A program made the position numbers and the translations under genes. This document shows, in pieces, positions 13,101 to 24,000 of a DNA stretch of 64,000 nt. The number at the start of each line of letters is the position of its first letter. Position 1 is the first letter of the stretch. Source of the DNA: Octopus vulgaris (taxonomy: Eukaryota); contig OX597816.1 in assembly GCA_951406725.2 (NCBI GenBank), forward strand, positions 119,846,001 through 119,910,000, read 5' to 3'. The notes beneath the pieces are model-generated. The model searched no databases. It was not told the origin of the DNA and saw only the letters and a program-made list of their open reading frames with translations.

Positions 13101-16100
13101 GCTCCTATTAGAAAGCACTTTAAGTAACAGTTCCCTTAGTCCAGAGGGGAAGCATTATTTCATCCTTTGTGCATCAATTAATTACTTCTTTATTGACTGA
13201 TTTCTTCACTACATTACTGCATGCAACCATTTTCCTGAGTGGTGCCATGAGTATGTGAAAGTAGCATCCTCCTCCAATGTCAACAAGTACTCCAGCCTCC
13301 CTAGAAGTGCTCTATCTAGAGGGTGCCATCAGTTTCATTTGATTGAAATGGGTAGATTTTTGTTAATGTTTTCAAAGGAACTAATGGTTTTATGCAGCAG
13401 GGCTACAAATCATATATCCAGCTTCCAACCTGGAAGACCATTAATTTTACATCTAGATATATAAAGGTTTGCTTCAAGCCTTACTCACAAAAAAGGGAAA
13501 AGCTGCTAAAAACGATTAGTTGTAGAAGATTAAAAAATATGTTTAACCCTTTAGTGTTCAGATTACTCTGTGAAATGTAATACTTTTTCACTCAAATTGT
13601 TTTGAATTAATCATGCATTATGTTATATCTTTGAGGTTTTCAATGATGTGATTGTCTATATTTAGAATGTCAATGTAGGTTAGGTGTAAGAGGCTGGATA
13701 TGGCCAGTTTGAATATAAAACATGTAGAATATCTGGGCCAGATATGGCTGGTTTAAACACTAAAGGGTTAAAACCTCAAAATGTAGATAAAATAACTTTA
13801 GCCGATATGCTAAAGACTAAATTATTAGAAATATCACAAAAATCATTTTGACCCCCATTTCCTTTCACATCCCAGTGAAATTATAAAATAAAATCAATTA
13901 CCAAATTATGAAATTGGAGAAAAATCCTCAACACATTTACCACTGGTGAATCAGTTTTTCTCGTTTCTAGTATTTCTAGAATTTTTTAACAGTTTGTATG
14001 TGTTAGTACACGGTCTGATACTGAACATAGCAAATTATACTTGCTGACATGGGCTGAACACATCTCAAAGCATCCTGCCATTAGTAAACAATCCAATGCC
14101 TGGCATACTTAGCAACAGAAAACTGTTATAGTATGTCTTTTTTTTTTGCATGATTTTTATGCCTGGATGACCGTATTATTGAAAACCACTTTACAACAAA
14201 GACTGGATGTACTTTATGTCATCACCACAAGACAGGCTCTCTGCAGCAACACTAGTCCCCTCCAACTTGTATTGGCTATCATTCAGGGTAAAAAGCTCTG
14301 ATAGCTGAGCTGTGGCTCACAGAGGTCACATAATCATTTATTTACACCCAGATGCCCAAAACATGAAGGAATAACCAAGAAATTGAATTGATGACAGTAA
14401 TATTTTCGTCTTTTACATTTTCTAACGAAAAAATACAAATCAGATGCACCCAAAACTATGTGAAAACCATTAGAGTGCAAGCATAATTGACATTAATAGC
14501 TAATGGAATGGTGATAAAGCTTTTAACTGGATTCCTCTTACTTTGAAGAAATTATGATTGTAGTTAAGAATGAAGTATATAACATATAGAACGAATGAAT
14601 GTGATTAGTCATGTTTCAAACACTAAACAGAAATATTCTTTTACAGCAAGAAATAACTGGAATGATTTAAAACTAGATAACTTGGACAGCTGAGGAATAA
14701 GATGAAATCTTCAATATTTTTCTGTAAGTGATTGGAAAATCATGGGAAAGAAATAAGAGCAAGTCATTAGAACTTGCTTTTATCTTCAAGTAACACCCAC
14801 ATGCTACCTACTTTGCTTAAGTTTAATGGTTATACCCAAAAATAGATTCAATATTTTATCACCCACATACTAAATGTTCCAAGACACTTTTATAAATACT
14901 CTAAAAACAAAATAAGAATATACAAGTGTAAAATTAGTAACAATATGGTTATAATTTTTATAACCCTAAAAAATATAAAATAACCTGAAACAAGTTCAAT
15001 AAGTGATTACCAATACAAATGTAGTAAAATTAAAATTAATGCAATTACATAATAAATATTGGTTTCACAGTTTAGCACAAGACCAGCAATTTCAGGGGAG
15101 AGGGGTAAGTCATTTACGTCAACTGGTATTTATTTTATCAACCCCAAAAGGATGAAAGGCAAAGTTGACCTTGGTGGAATTACATAAATATTGATATGAG
15201 TTGAACAGGACAAAAAAATATTGTCCATCCAGATTGTATAGAATAATGAGGTTACTGAAAAGATAACTTAATAATCATTCACTGACAACTTGTTTTATCT
15301 ATGTAAAGCAGATGATGGAAACAATAAGCTAAAACAACTTGATAAACTTTCTACTTTCAGTATACTGAAATGAATTGGTTTGATTTTTAACCTGTTATTG
15401 TCTAAGAGTTATGCTGTGATGGTAACTATTAACTGTAAAATCAATGGAAAAATCTTCAGCCAATTTTGTTTCTGAAAACCAACAGAAAGATATCCCTTGA
15501 GTTGAATTCATATGAAATGGTATATATAGGGCTCGAAGCTAGTCAGATATAAGCAGCTAATGATGTTATGTTCATAAACAAATTCATCAATAAAGTTGAT
15601 ATATAATTTATTGTAGTGCTAGTCTTTGGTTATACCAGGTCTGTCATGGAGGTATACTGAGTAAAATGTGAAAGCAGTTTATTCAAATACTTGATGGATA
15701 AAATCAAATATCAGTCCACAAATATGCATTAAAAAGCTTTCTGAATTTTATATTAAATAAATGATAATTATCGTTTTTCAAAATATTCTTGATGTTACTT
15801 GACATAAGAACACTGGAAAGGTCAGCTGAATTGTTGAAAGAATTGAACTAGATTCCACAAAACCAAAACATCTGCAGCAAATTTTCTAAACATATCCCAG
15901 AAAAATGTGATATTTGACAAGATAAAAAAAAAAATCAACACAGTAATCATTCCATATATCACCTTCAAAAATTTCTTGTTCCAATTAATTTCTATAAGAT
16001 ATATCTTTCTTCAGATGAAGAAAAGATCAGAATAACACAAATGTACCAAAATGAAAGAAAAACATCACTATATTATGACTTGAACCAGCAATGGATTTCT

Positions 16101-16644
16101 TTCCAATGAAGGTTAAAAAGGTACAGGTTCTATTTATACAATACGTTAATACCAGGCTTAGAATACTTTTGCAATGTGCAATCTGATGATAGAGAGATCA
16201 TTTATAACTCAATAGTTTGAGAAAGTAACAAATGGTATAAAAGAAACAAACTTACGAGCTTTAGGAACATTTCCATCTTTATAATTAGCCAAGTCACCCT
16301 GAGCATCAAGTACTCCGACCTACAGATAATGAAAAAAAGAAATATGAAATTCTGTTTCTAGATATTAAATCAACGAAAAATACATGATATATACTACTGA
16401 TCTTAAATGAATCTTTTGCAAAGATATAGATTAATGTGTTAGCCATAAAACCTAAAGAACTAGATAGATGAGATATAACAGCAGTAAAATATCTCAAAAG
16501 AATTTCTGGAATTAAATTATAAAACATGCCCCTTATAAAACGAATCAAAGCAATAATAAATCAAAATAAATTGTTAAACTTTTCTTCATCACATGTTTAA
16601 CTCCTGTATTTTTGAGATTTGATCTAGTGATATTCATACATCCC

Positions 16645-16683
<39 letters not shown>

Positions 16684-18459
16684 GTATTGAAATTGTGATA
16701 TTTGGTCAATAACTGATGAGAGGCTAAGCATTCTAGTGTTCTTGTATTAGCACACTTTAATAGGATTCTAAATCATTTCCACTTCTAGAAGATAGAGGGT
16801 TAGATAAAATATATAATTATATATTTGTTTCAGGCTATAAATAATTAGTTTAGCATAGCCAAATCACCATTATAAGGCGAATAGGAAGCATGCATACATA
16901 TCATAGCTTATAGGAAATAGATTTAAAATCGATCTACATGAAATTGTATGACCTGAGTTGAGATTAACCTTAAAATATTTTCACTTTAGGCTATCCCAAT
17001 ACCTTATCTATGTCACTTGTTGCTTTTTTTTTTTTCTTTTCGTTTCTTTAACACGTACTTGGCACCACGATATGACAGAACTGCTTATTATCCAGCAGAG
17101 ACAATAAACCAAGCACTTTCCCTGATATATTTTTTATCAGATATGTCAATCCCAGATTGACGCATAGATTAAAATACAACTTGAATAAATGAGTATACAC
17201 GCACGCGAATTCTTACACATGTCCAAGTTTCGATCAAAAGAAAAAAAACCAATTACCCAAAACGCGAATATTAATGGGACTTTACCGGTGGGGATATGCT
17301 TATAAATGGATTAATAAACTCAAAATCTAATGGGAACGAACTTTAAAAGGAAATATATATCTCATACACTTGTATAATTTAATCTTAGTGCGTTAAGTTA
17401 TCTAGAGTGGAGAGCTGTGGCTTCCAAGGATCGTTTGTAAATTAGTATATCCCCGGGGGGGGGGGTACAAATGGAAGTCTTGCCTTAGTTTCTATTAAGG
17501 GACGTAAAATGCCAACCAGGTCACACTACTAAAATACCATATAAAAATATTTCAACCGCAATAAAGGTGATATATGAAAAATATATATCTAGTATGAAGA
17601 CAAAAAAATATAAACACTTTCAAAAGTAGCGGCTCAAAATTACAGATTAAAAGAAAATGAGTTCCTTTCTCGATTGAAGCATGAAGAAAAACGAATTGCT
17701 AAGAGCAACAAGTTTGTGAGGATTATCGCTTTCTTTATATATATATATATATATAATATATATATATCATTTCAACACTAATGATGAAGTAAAGAGCAGT
17801 ATGACAAAATGGTATCGGTTAAAAGATGTCAAATTAGCAACCTTTATGGCACGTATATTATATATATAAAATCTTCATCGTATCTATTTCCACCCAAAGA
17901 AATAAACACAATCTTTAGGTAACTTAAGATCTCATAAGTAACGATAACAATAGCGCATCAGCTTCTAACCTCGACATCATTTGGACAAATTTAAAAATAA
18001 GGATCGTTTTTCAGATGGATATGCACACACACACACACTAATATATGTAGTATGTGTATATATCCATTTGAAAAATGATCCTTATTTTTAAACATTCATA
18101 TAAAACGAAAAGAAAGAAGTAACGAACGAATCTATATGACAAACTACAGACCGGTTTCTAGTTTCTGAAAAATTCCTCTAGAGTTCTCTATATATTACAC
18201 ATGTAATTTATCTCGACCAAGCTGCTTGGGCTTAGACATTTCCGGGGAGGGGGGGTTAAACAAGAGTCATTTATAAAATATACATTTCTGCAAATCGTAG
18301 ACTGGATTTAGGTGGGAGCTGAGTAATGTTGCGGATTTAGTAATCGTAACTGTTGCACAAGGAATAGTGGACAATTATTATAGAGAGAAAGATATTAAGA
18401 TTTATTATTCTCTCAGATCGATTAAGTCAGAAAGAAGGTCCCTTCGGTTTAAATTATAA

Positions 18460-18491
<32 letters not shown>

Positions 18492-19276
18492 TTATACACA
18501 CATATATTCGTGAGTTTGGCATATATGTGTGTATATGTATATACAGAGTACCTATGAGAGAGATGTGAACAAAGTTTTTTAGCTTCTCTTTATCTTTGAT
18601 TAGCTTTAGACTATTTCTGATAGTTGTTCCTTGGGGTAGAGAGAATGAAGTAAATACGGTGAATAAAATGATGAATGGGTGGTAGTGATCATACAAATAG
18701 TAGTAAATATTAACAATCATCATCATTATTATTATTAAGTGGCGGGTGAAGAAGAAAAGCAGGAAGGCCTCTATCGACAACATTAGGGAGAATACATCCG
18801 GTCTTACGTGAACAAAGAAAGTAAACATTTGATATTACAGAAGAAAATACGGAGGTATAGTAGCTTCAGAATATGAAATAATTTCCACTTGAACCAGCCA
18901 TACCTCTTTTGCTATTGAATCCAAGCCGTTCTCTTTATAATGGCGTAAAATCTCAAATTCAGGGCCATTTTTCTGTCCCCTGGAAGTCGTAGGAATCTTA
19001 TGAGGACTTCCTTGACCTAAAATTGTAGAAGAAAAAAAAACCACAAGCAATACAAATGCACGTTTCTTTTTTCTATTAGTAAAATAAATTGATAATGAAT
19101 TAAATGCATAAATAATAATAAACATATCAGAAATTAGAAAGTATAAGGTACTGAGATCATAAATACTGAGGGGATATTAATGATCTTATATATGCATAGA
19201 TAAATATGCATACATATAAATTATAAAAGAGAAAGTTTGTTTACAAATGAAACGATTTTCATACATCAGGGGTTAT

Positions 19277-19309
<33 letters not shown>

Positions 19310-19845
19310 TATATATGTGTATATATATATATGTGTGTGTGTGTGTATATATACATACACACACATACATACATATATATATATAAGTGCATACAGACTA
19401 AAATATAAACTGGAAAAGAAGTCAAGGTAAATAAATCAATGATCATGCACGTCAAGCATTTAAACTAGAAAGAAATATTCACATTCGATTATTCAATTAA
19501 CTTATTGTTAAGGCATGAAAGAGAACTTGAGTGTTCGATCAACATTAAAAAGTGGATCAGATCACTATTGTGACTTTATATACTGCAAAATAAATCAGTA
19601 AAAGAAACTCTCGTAACTTTTTTTTTAACAAATAAATAATTTCGTAAACACTTGGGGAAAAAAAGACATTTTCTATTGATGTTATGATAACCTGAAATTA
19701 TACTGGATGGTTCCCCGAGAGAGGGAGACGTATTCATTCTAAAGCTATCGCTTATAAGACAATCTGGATTGTTTATAATACATAGAAATAAATATTCACC
19801 ATCGTCCGGCCATAAGCTTGATAAAGTTGGACTGGAGTTAGCCAT
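1079..19845 (-). CDS. TFDP1: Transcription factor DP (E2F dimerisation partner, TFDP1/TFDP2 family); spliced gene with 10 coding exons resolved (1081 nt, 360 codons + 1 nt); 3' end unresolved
   Basis: Exons 19800-19845, 18904-19016, 16256-16319, 11832-11923, 9846-9949, 9582-9744, 8499-8642, 7890-7958, 6461-6609 and 1079-1215 are joined by GT-AG introns with matching phases. The translation contains [14 protein letters not shown], the DEF box [55 protein letters not shown] and [14 protein letters not shown]. Confidence 0.96.
2193..3550 (+). mobile_element. Degenerate Tc1/mariner (maT/DD37D-like) transposon in a DP intron
   Basis: ~26-bp TIRs CAGGATGCATAAGGTATTTGAGGACA / TGTCCTCAAATAGCTTATGCAGCCTG followed by TA; broken transposase from 2304 with [19 protein letters not shown] and WSPNSPDL motifs. 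Confidence 0.88.
2635..2855. mobile_element. 221-bp piggyBac-type MITE (copy 1, nested in the mariner)
   Basis: TTAA|CCCTTTAGTGTT ... AACACTAAAGGG|TTAA. Confidence 0.9.
3591..5114 (+). mobile_element. Non-autonomous Helitron-like element
   Basis: A|TC 5' end followed by TATATAAAA and a GTCT microsatellite; 3' hairpin GACCCG-GCAACGA-CGGGTC (5085-5103) followed by CTAG|T; no TSD. Confidence 0.75.
3880..4282 (-). mobile_element. tRNA-derived CORE-type SINE (family A), nested in the Helitron
   Basis: Minus strand has GGCGCAGGAGTGGCT, a B-box-like GGTTCAGTCCC, CORE-like CTTGGGCAAGTGTCTT, a central microsatellite and a GAAACAAGTAAAA tail; many copies in the window. Confidence 0.88.
5819..6036. 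mobile_element. Decayed TTAA-type MITE (second family)
   Basis: TTAAACCTTTTCATACCA ... TGGTAACAAAAG degenerate inverted ends, about 220 bp. Confidence 0.4.
6461..6609 (-). CDS. TFDP1: DP coding exon 9, dimerisation/marked-box domain ([50 protein letters not shown])
   Basis: Conserved DP sequence; TACAG acceptor and GTACGT donor; phase 0 to 2. Confidence 0.97.
7890..7958 (-). CDS. TFDP1: DP coding exon 8, coiled coil ([23 protein letters not shown])
   Basis: 69 nt, phase 0-0, CTTAG acceptor and GTAAGT donor. Confidence 0.96.
8130..8300 (+). mobile_element. tRNA-derived Nin-domain-type SINE (family B), internally deleted
   Basis: GAAACGTTAGCACGCCGGGCGAAATGCTTAG..GTTCAAATTCC..GTCGAC and a CCTTGTGCCTAGAGTAG tail; further decayed copies near 590-720, 8935-9105 and 15060-15180. 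Confidence 0.8.
8499..8642 (-). CDS. TFDP1: DP coding exon 7, DEF box ([48 protein letters not shown])
   Basis: 144 nt, phase 0-0, RRVYD motif. Confidence 0.98.
9582..9744 (-). CDS. TFDP1: DP coding exon 6, winged-helix DNA-binding domain ([43 protein letters not shown]...)
   Basis: Near identity to the DP DNA-binding domain; canonical splice sites. Confidence 0.97.
9846..9949 (-). CDS. TFDP1: DP coding exon 5 ([35 protein letters not shown])
   Basis: CATAG acceptor, AG|GTAATT donor, phase 0 to 2; VV..P.QR start as in vertebrate DP. Confidence 0.9.
11832..11923 (-). CDS. TFDP1: DP coding exon 4 ([31 protein letters not shown])
   Basis: TTACAG acceptor, GGG|GTAAGT donor, phase 1 to 0, open frame. 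Confidence 0.85.
13547..13767. mobile_element. 221-bp piggyBac-type MITE (copy 2, inverted relative to copy 1)
   Basis: TTAA TSD, CCCTTTAGTGTT TIRs, internal sequence reverse-complementary to 2635-2855. Confidence 0.9.
16256..16319 (-). CDS. TFDP1: DP coding exon 3 ([21 protein letters not shown])
   Basis: CTGTAG acceptor, GTAAGT donor, 64 nt, phase 0 to 1; resembles the vertebrate AGLIEANGELK exon. Confidence 0.85.
17990..18092. repeat. 33-bp inverted repeat (hairpin) in DP intron 2
   Basis: TTTAAAAATAAGGATCGTTTTTCAGATGGATAT (17990-18022) vs its reverse complement at 18060-18092, 2 mismatches. Confidence 0.9.
18904..19016 (-). CDS. TFDP1: DP coding exon 2 ([38 protein letters not shown])
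   Basis: Poly-T tract ending TTTTAG acceptor; GAG|GTATGG donor; ends in IAKE, matching the vertebrate MAKD| exon end. Confidence 0.8.
19800..19845 (-). CDS. TFDP1: DP coding exon 1 ([16 protein letters not shown])
   Basis: ATG at 19845 with an in-frame upstream stop; donor G|GTGAAT; phase 1 matches the next exon; lies directly below the promoter-like island. Confidence 0.7.
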
Positions 19846-20079
19846 TATCCGTTTGAAAGAATTAATCGGCAACAAAATTATTTTTTCTTCGGGCAACACT
19901 CTGGCAAGAGAGCCCGACTGAGAATCTGTAGGGACCGGACAGGGTTGCGGCTGCTATTCAGATGCACTCTACTGATAGGTTCAATGGCAGTAGCTGCTAT
20001 AGACACTGTTATTGTTATATTATATTATTGGAAGAGGTAATAAAAAGCAAGATGATTAGGAATGGGTTTTTTTAAATGA

Positions 20080-20450
20080 TATACACAAAATGGCGACGAC
20101 GGCGATTTTTCTAAAGTCTTACACGGTGCCGTCACTTTTTCCCCCTTTCTCTTCTTGTGATTGGGAGGGGTTACCACAATTTCGCAAGGGCGGATCGTCG
20201 TGCGGCGGCTCTATGTACCCAATTGTTCATTACCAGCGGTTCTTTCGTGGTACAAAGAGAGCCGTGCAGACCGCCAGAACACGCCATCATAAAGTCATGT
20301 CCATCTTCCTGTTACGCTAGAAACTTTTCAAGTCTCGCTGCAAAACGCGCTTGGCGGTGACCACTTCCTTTAGCGTAAAATGATTGGTTAAAGTGAGCCA
20401 CGTGACAATCCAGAGTCTGCGCATGGCGCAAAGAAAAGAACGGGAAAATT
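20080..20450 (-). promoter_or_regulatory. DP promoter / 5' region
   Basis: GC/CpG-enriched island containing YY1 CAAAATGGCG (20086-20095), CCAAT boxes (ATTGG at 20160 and 20383), a GC box (20188), ETS-like ACTTCC (20363), E-box CACGTG (20399), NRF1-like TGCGCATGGCGCA (20418) and E2F-like TTGGCGG / GGCGCAAA / CGGGAAAA. Confidence 0.75.
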
Positions 20451-20946
20451 GATAAAAGTATGGAATCTCATGAAGGCAAAAATAAGCCTTACCGAATTTT
20501 GCTTCAATTCCAATACGTTACAGAAAAGTCCTGCATCAATTATTTTACAATATTTGACACTTGACCACTTCAGATTTTACAATTTTAGCTTTCATAACAC
20601 TATAACTGTATTTCTTATCAGTAAGTTTATCTGATTTGTTGATTAAACTGGATACATCTTAGTATACTATCTTGAACAATTTTATACCATAATTTATATA
20701 GCCTTACAACCAACGATATGTAACCCATTTACTGCACAATGTAGTTTAATGTTTCAATTTGTAACACTTAAAATCATACTGAATATTTTTGAGGCAATGG
20801 CTGAGGTGTGGCTACCAGCTCAGAGTATCACCTGCTACTTAGTAAACATGTAAAAACTGACTGCTACATGCAAAAGCAAAAGGCTTCATTTGCTTATAAT
20901 GAATTCCAAGATTAATATATAAAATATACAGTAATAATACATACAC

Positions 20947-20985
<39 letters not shown>

Positions 20986-21116
20986 TGTGTGTGTATTTGT
21001 AACAATATGTATATATATATGCATATTATATATATATATATAATCAATGATAAAATCTATATAAGATATTATCAAGGAGCCAGCTACCTATATATATATA
21101 AGTGTGTGTGTGTGTA

Positions 21117-21164
<48 letters not shown>

Positions 21165-21166
21165 TA

Positions 21167-21445
21167 TGTGCCAGCCTCACCTGGCCTCCATGCCAGTGGC
21201 ACGTAGAAAATACCATCCGAGCGTGGCCGTTCGCCAGCCTCGTCTGGCACCTGTGTCGGTGGCACATAAAAAGCACCCACTACACTCACGGAGTGGTTGG
21301 CGTTAGGAAGGGCATCCAGCTGTAGAAACACTGCCAGATCTGACTGGCCTGGTGCAGCATTCGGGCTTCCCAGACTCCAGTTGAACCGTCCAACCCATGC
21401 TAGCATGGAAAGCGGACGTTAAACGATGATGATGATGATGATGAT
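21167..21445 (+). mobile_element. 3' UTR/tail fragment of an RTE-clade LINE, ending in (GAT)n
   Basis: Same sequence as the 3' end of the RTE at 24001-24200 (GGAGTGGTTGGCGTTAGGAAGGGCATCCAGC..CAACCCATGCTAGCATGGAAAGCGGAC + GAT repeats). Confidence 0.8.
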
Positions 21446-21784
21446 ATATATAGTTGTCTGAAAATCCATAAGTCAGAAATTCTCAGTAGTGTCGTTATAT
21501 TAATCAAAGCTTTCAGTATCATAGACCTTACTAATTTGGGTTCACACTACATATTTGATAACTGGATATTAAATAACAGGGCAGTTAACAAATGTACATG
21601 CTCATCAGGGTAGTAGGTCAAGGGGAAGCCATTATATTTCTTCCATACTTGTCATCCCTAAAGAGCACATTTATTAGATAGCAGCCCTGTAATCTAATAT
21701 CCAGTTATCTAATATCTGGTGTAAAACCAGTTGATAAGATCAGCTGTAATGGATCTATAATATTGTAGACTTTGATTGATAGTG

Positions 21785-21829
<45 letters not shown>

Positions 21830-22396
21830 CGGGAGACTGACATACATATACAAGTCATGGCTGTGTGGTAAGAAATTAGCTTCCCAACCACATGGTTCCA
21901 GATTTTCAACCCACTGTGTTGCACCTTAAGCAAATGTCTTCTACTATAGCCTCAGACTGACCAAAGCCTTTTCAGTAACCAAAATCTAAAACTTATTTTA
22001 TGATAAACTGAATGATGGGCAAATATATATGTTGTACCCAATATATGTATGTGTGTATGGATGGATAGATGTACATATGTATGTAGTTAGGTTGGTAACT
22101 AGATATATGTGTGTGTTGTGCTGGTATAGTCATGTGATGTGGATGGATGCTGAAAGTTCCAAACAGAATTGTTGATCCCTCAAAGTAAATGGAACATGTG
22201 GAAGTGGGAGACTGAGGAAGACATGGCACAAAATACTGAAGAATGACGTTAGGACACTGAACCTTTCAGGTGAGATGACAAAGGACCAAGATGCCTGGTG
22301 CCTTGTGGTAATCAAGAAGACCTTTATGTCGACAGGTCAGTCAGTCCTAAGAAGCAGGCGAAGGCTTCCATGAAAGGTGCCAGAAAAAACACAAAA

Positions 22397-22795
22397 GGCA
22401 GCGAGCTGGTAGAAACATTAGCACACCGGGCAAAATGCTTAGTGGTAATTCGTCTGCCGCTACGTTCTAAGTTCAAATTCCGCCAAGGTTGACTTTGCCT
22501 TTCATCCTTTCGGGGTCGATTAAATAAGTACAAGTTACACACTGGGGTCGATATAATCGACTTAAGCCGTTTGTCCCCTCTGTGTGTAGCCCCTTGTGGG
22601 CAGTAAAGAAATAGGTATTTCGTCTGCTGCTACGTTCTGAGTTCAAATTCCGCTGAGGTCGACTTTGCCTTTCAACCTTTCGGGGTTGATTAAATAAGTA
22701 CAAGTTACACACTGGGGTCAATGTAATTGACTTAATCCCTTTGTCTGTCCTTGTTTGTCCTCTCTATGTTTAGCCCCACTGAAGGAATAGGTATT
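22397..22795 (+). mobile_element. Tandem multimer of family B SINE
   Basis: Head GGCAGCGAGCTGGTAGAAAC, then two repeated body units restarting at GGTATTTCGTCTG. Confidence 0.85.
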
Positions 22796-22804
22796 CAGAA
22801 TATG

Positions 22805-23895
22805 CTCTCATCTAAATTTGCTAGTTCGCAGTACACCTGCCCTCAAACCCTCCCACCCCTCCACCCTGCTGTCCCCCGTCCCAGGATTTCACAGGCCCAT
22901 ACTTCCCAGACCCTCAAGGTTGGCACTCTCAACTTCAGCACACTGAAAGGTAGGTCTGGTGATATTGTTGAGATGCTTGAACAGAGACGTGTTGATATGC
23001 GCTGCCTCCAAGAAGTAAGGTGGAGAGGAAATGCTGCTAGGTTCTTCACAGGCAAAGAACACAGGTGCAAGATTTTCTGGGCAGGGAACAATGACAGGAT
23101 CGGGGCGTGTGTATACTTCTTGCAGAGAAATGGGTGGATAAAGTAACTGAGGTAGTCATAGTATGCAACAGATTACTTAAGATTAGATTAGTGCTTCATC
23201 ATGGGTTAGCAACCATTATCTCGGCCTATGCCACTCAGCCGGGGTTACCCGATGGACAGACTACCGCACTGACAAATGACAGGGTCCTTCTCTTTGTGGC
23301 TGGTGACTTCAATGGAAATGTTGGACAGCATACAGAGGACTTCCATGGCATACATGGAGGCTATGGGTTTGGTTCCAGCAATGAGGAGGGAACCAGGCTG
23401 CTGGAGTTCTGCAATGCAAATGATCTTATGGTTTGCAATACTAACTTCAGAAAACCTGCCAGTCACCTAGTCACCTACCATTCTGGCAGACACACTAGCC
23501 AAATTGACTACATCCTCACCAGAAAAAGGAAAATTACAGAGGTATCAAGTTGTTGGATCAGGTAATGAAGGTCACAGAGAGGGTCATAGCCCAACTAATT
23601 AGGGAGAGAGTCAGTATAGATGAGATGCAGTTTGGGTTCGTGCCAGGGAAAAGCACCACTAATGCTATATTTCTGGTAAGACAGCTGCAGGAGAGACACC
23701 TAGCCAAAGATAAACCTCTGTACCTGGCTTTCGTTGACATGGAGAAAGCCTTTGACAGGGTCCCCCGATCCCTTATCTGGTGGTCAATGAGGAAACTAGT
23801 TAGTGAGAGCTGTGCAAGTCATGTACAGGGATGCTGTCAGTAAGGTGAGGGTTGGCAATGAGTACAGTGAAGAATTCCAAGTAGAGATAGGGGTT
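22805..23895 (+). mobile_element. RTE-clade LINE fragment: APE endonuclease plus start of RT, frameshifted and internally deleted
   Basis: LKVGTLN, CLQEVRWRG, VAGDFNG, SQIDYIL, then MQFGFVPGKSTTNAIF and AFVDMEKAFDRVPR. Confidence 0.95.
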
Positions 23896-24000
23896 GAAAT
23901 ATAAAAGACTTTCTCACTTTCTTGAGCATCAAACTAATACTCTTGCTAGTTGTTTATACACCTGTCTTTATCTTTGTAAATTTCAACTATATATATATAT

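Noticed and set aside
19576-19899. 107-aa minus-strand ORF as a standalone gene
   Set aside because: Only 19800-19845 is supported, as DP exon 1; the remainder runs into intron or UTR
20090-20320. Plus-strand ORF MATTAIF... as a divergent gene
   Set aside because: Its ATG is the core of the YY1 motif; no recognisable protein or downstream exons
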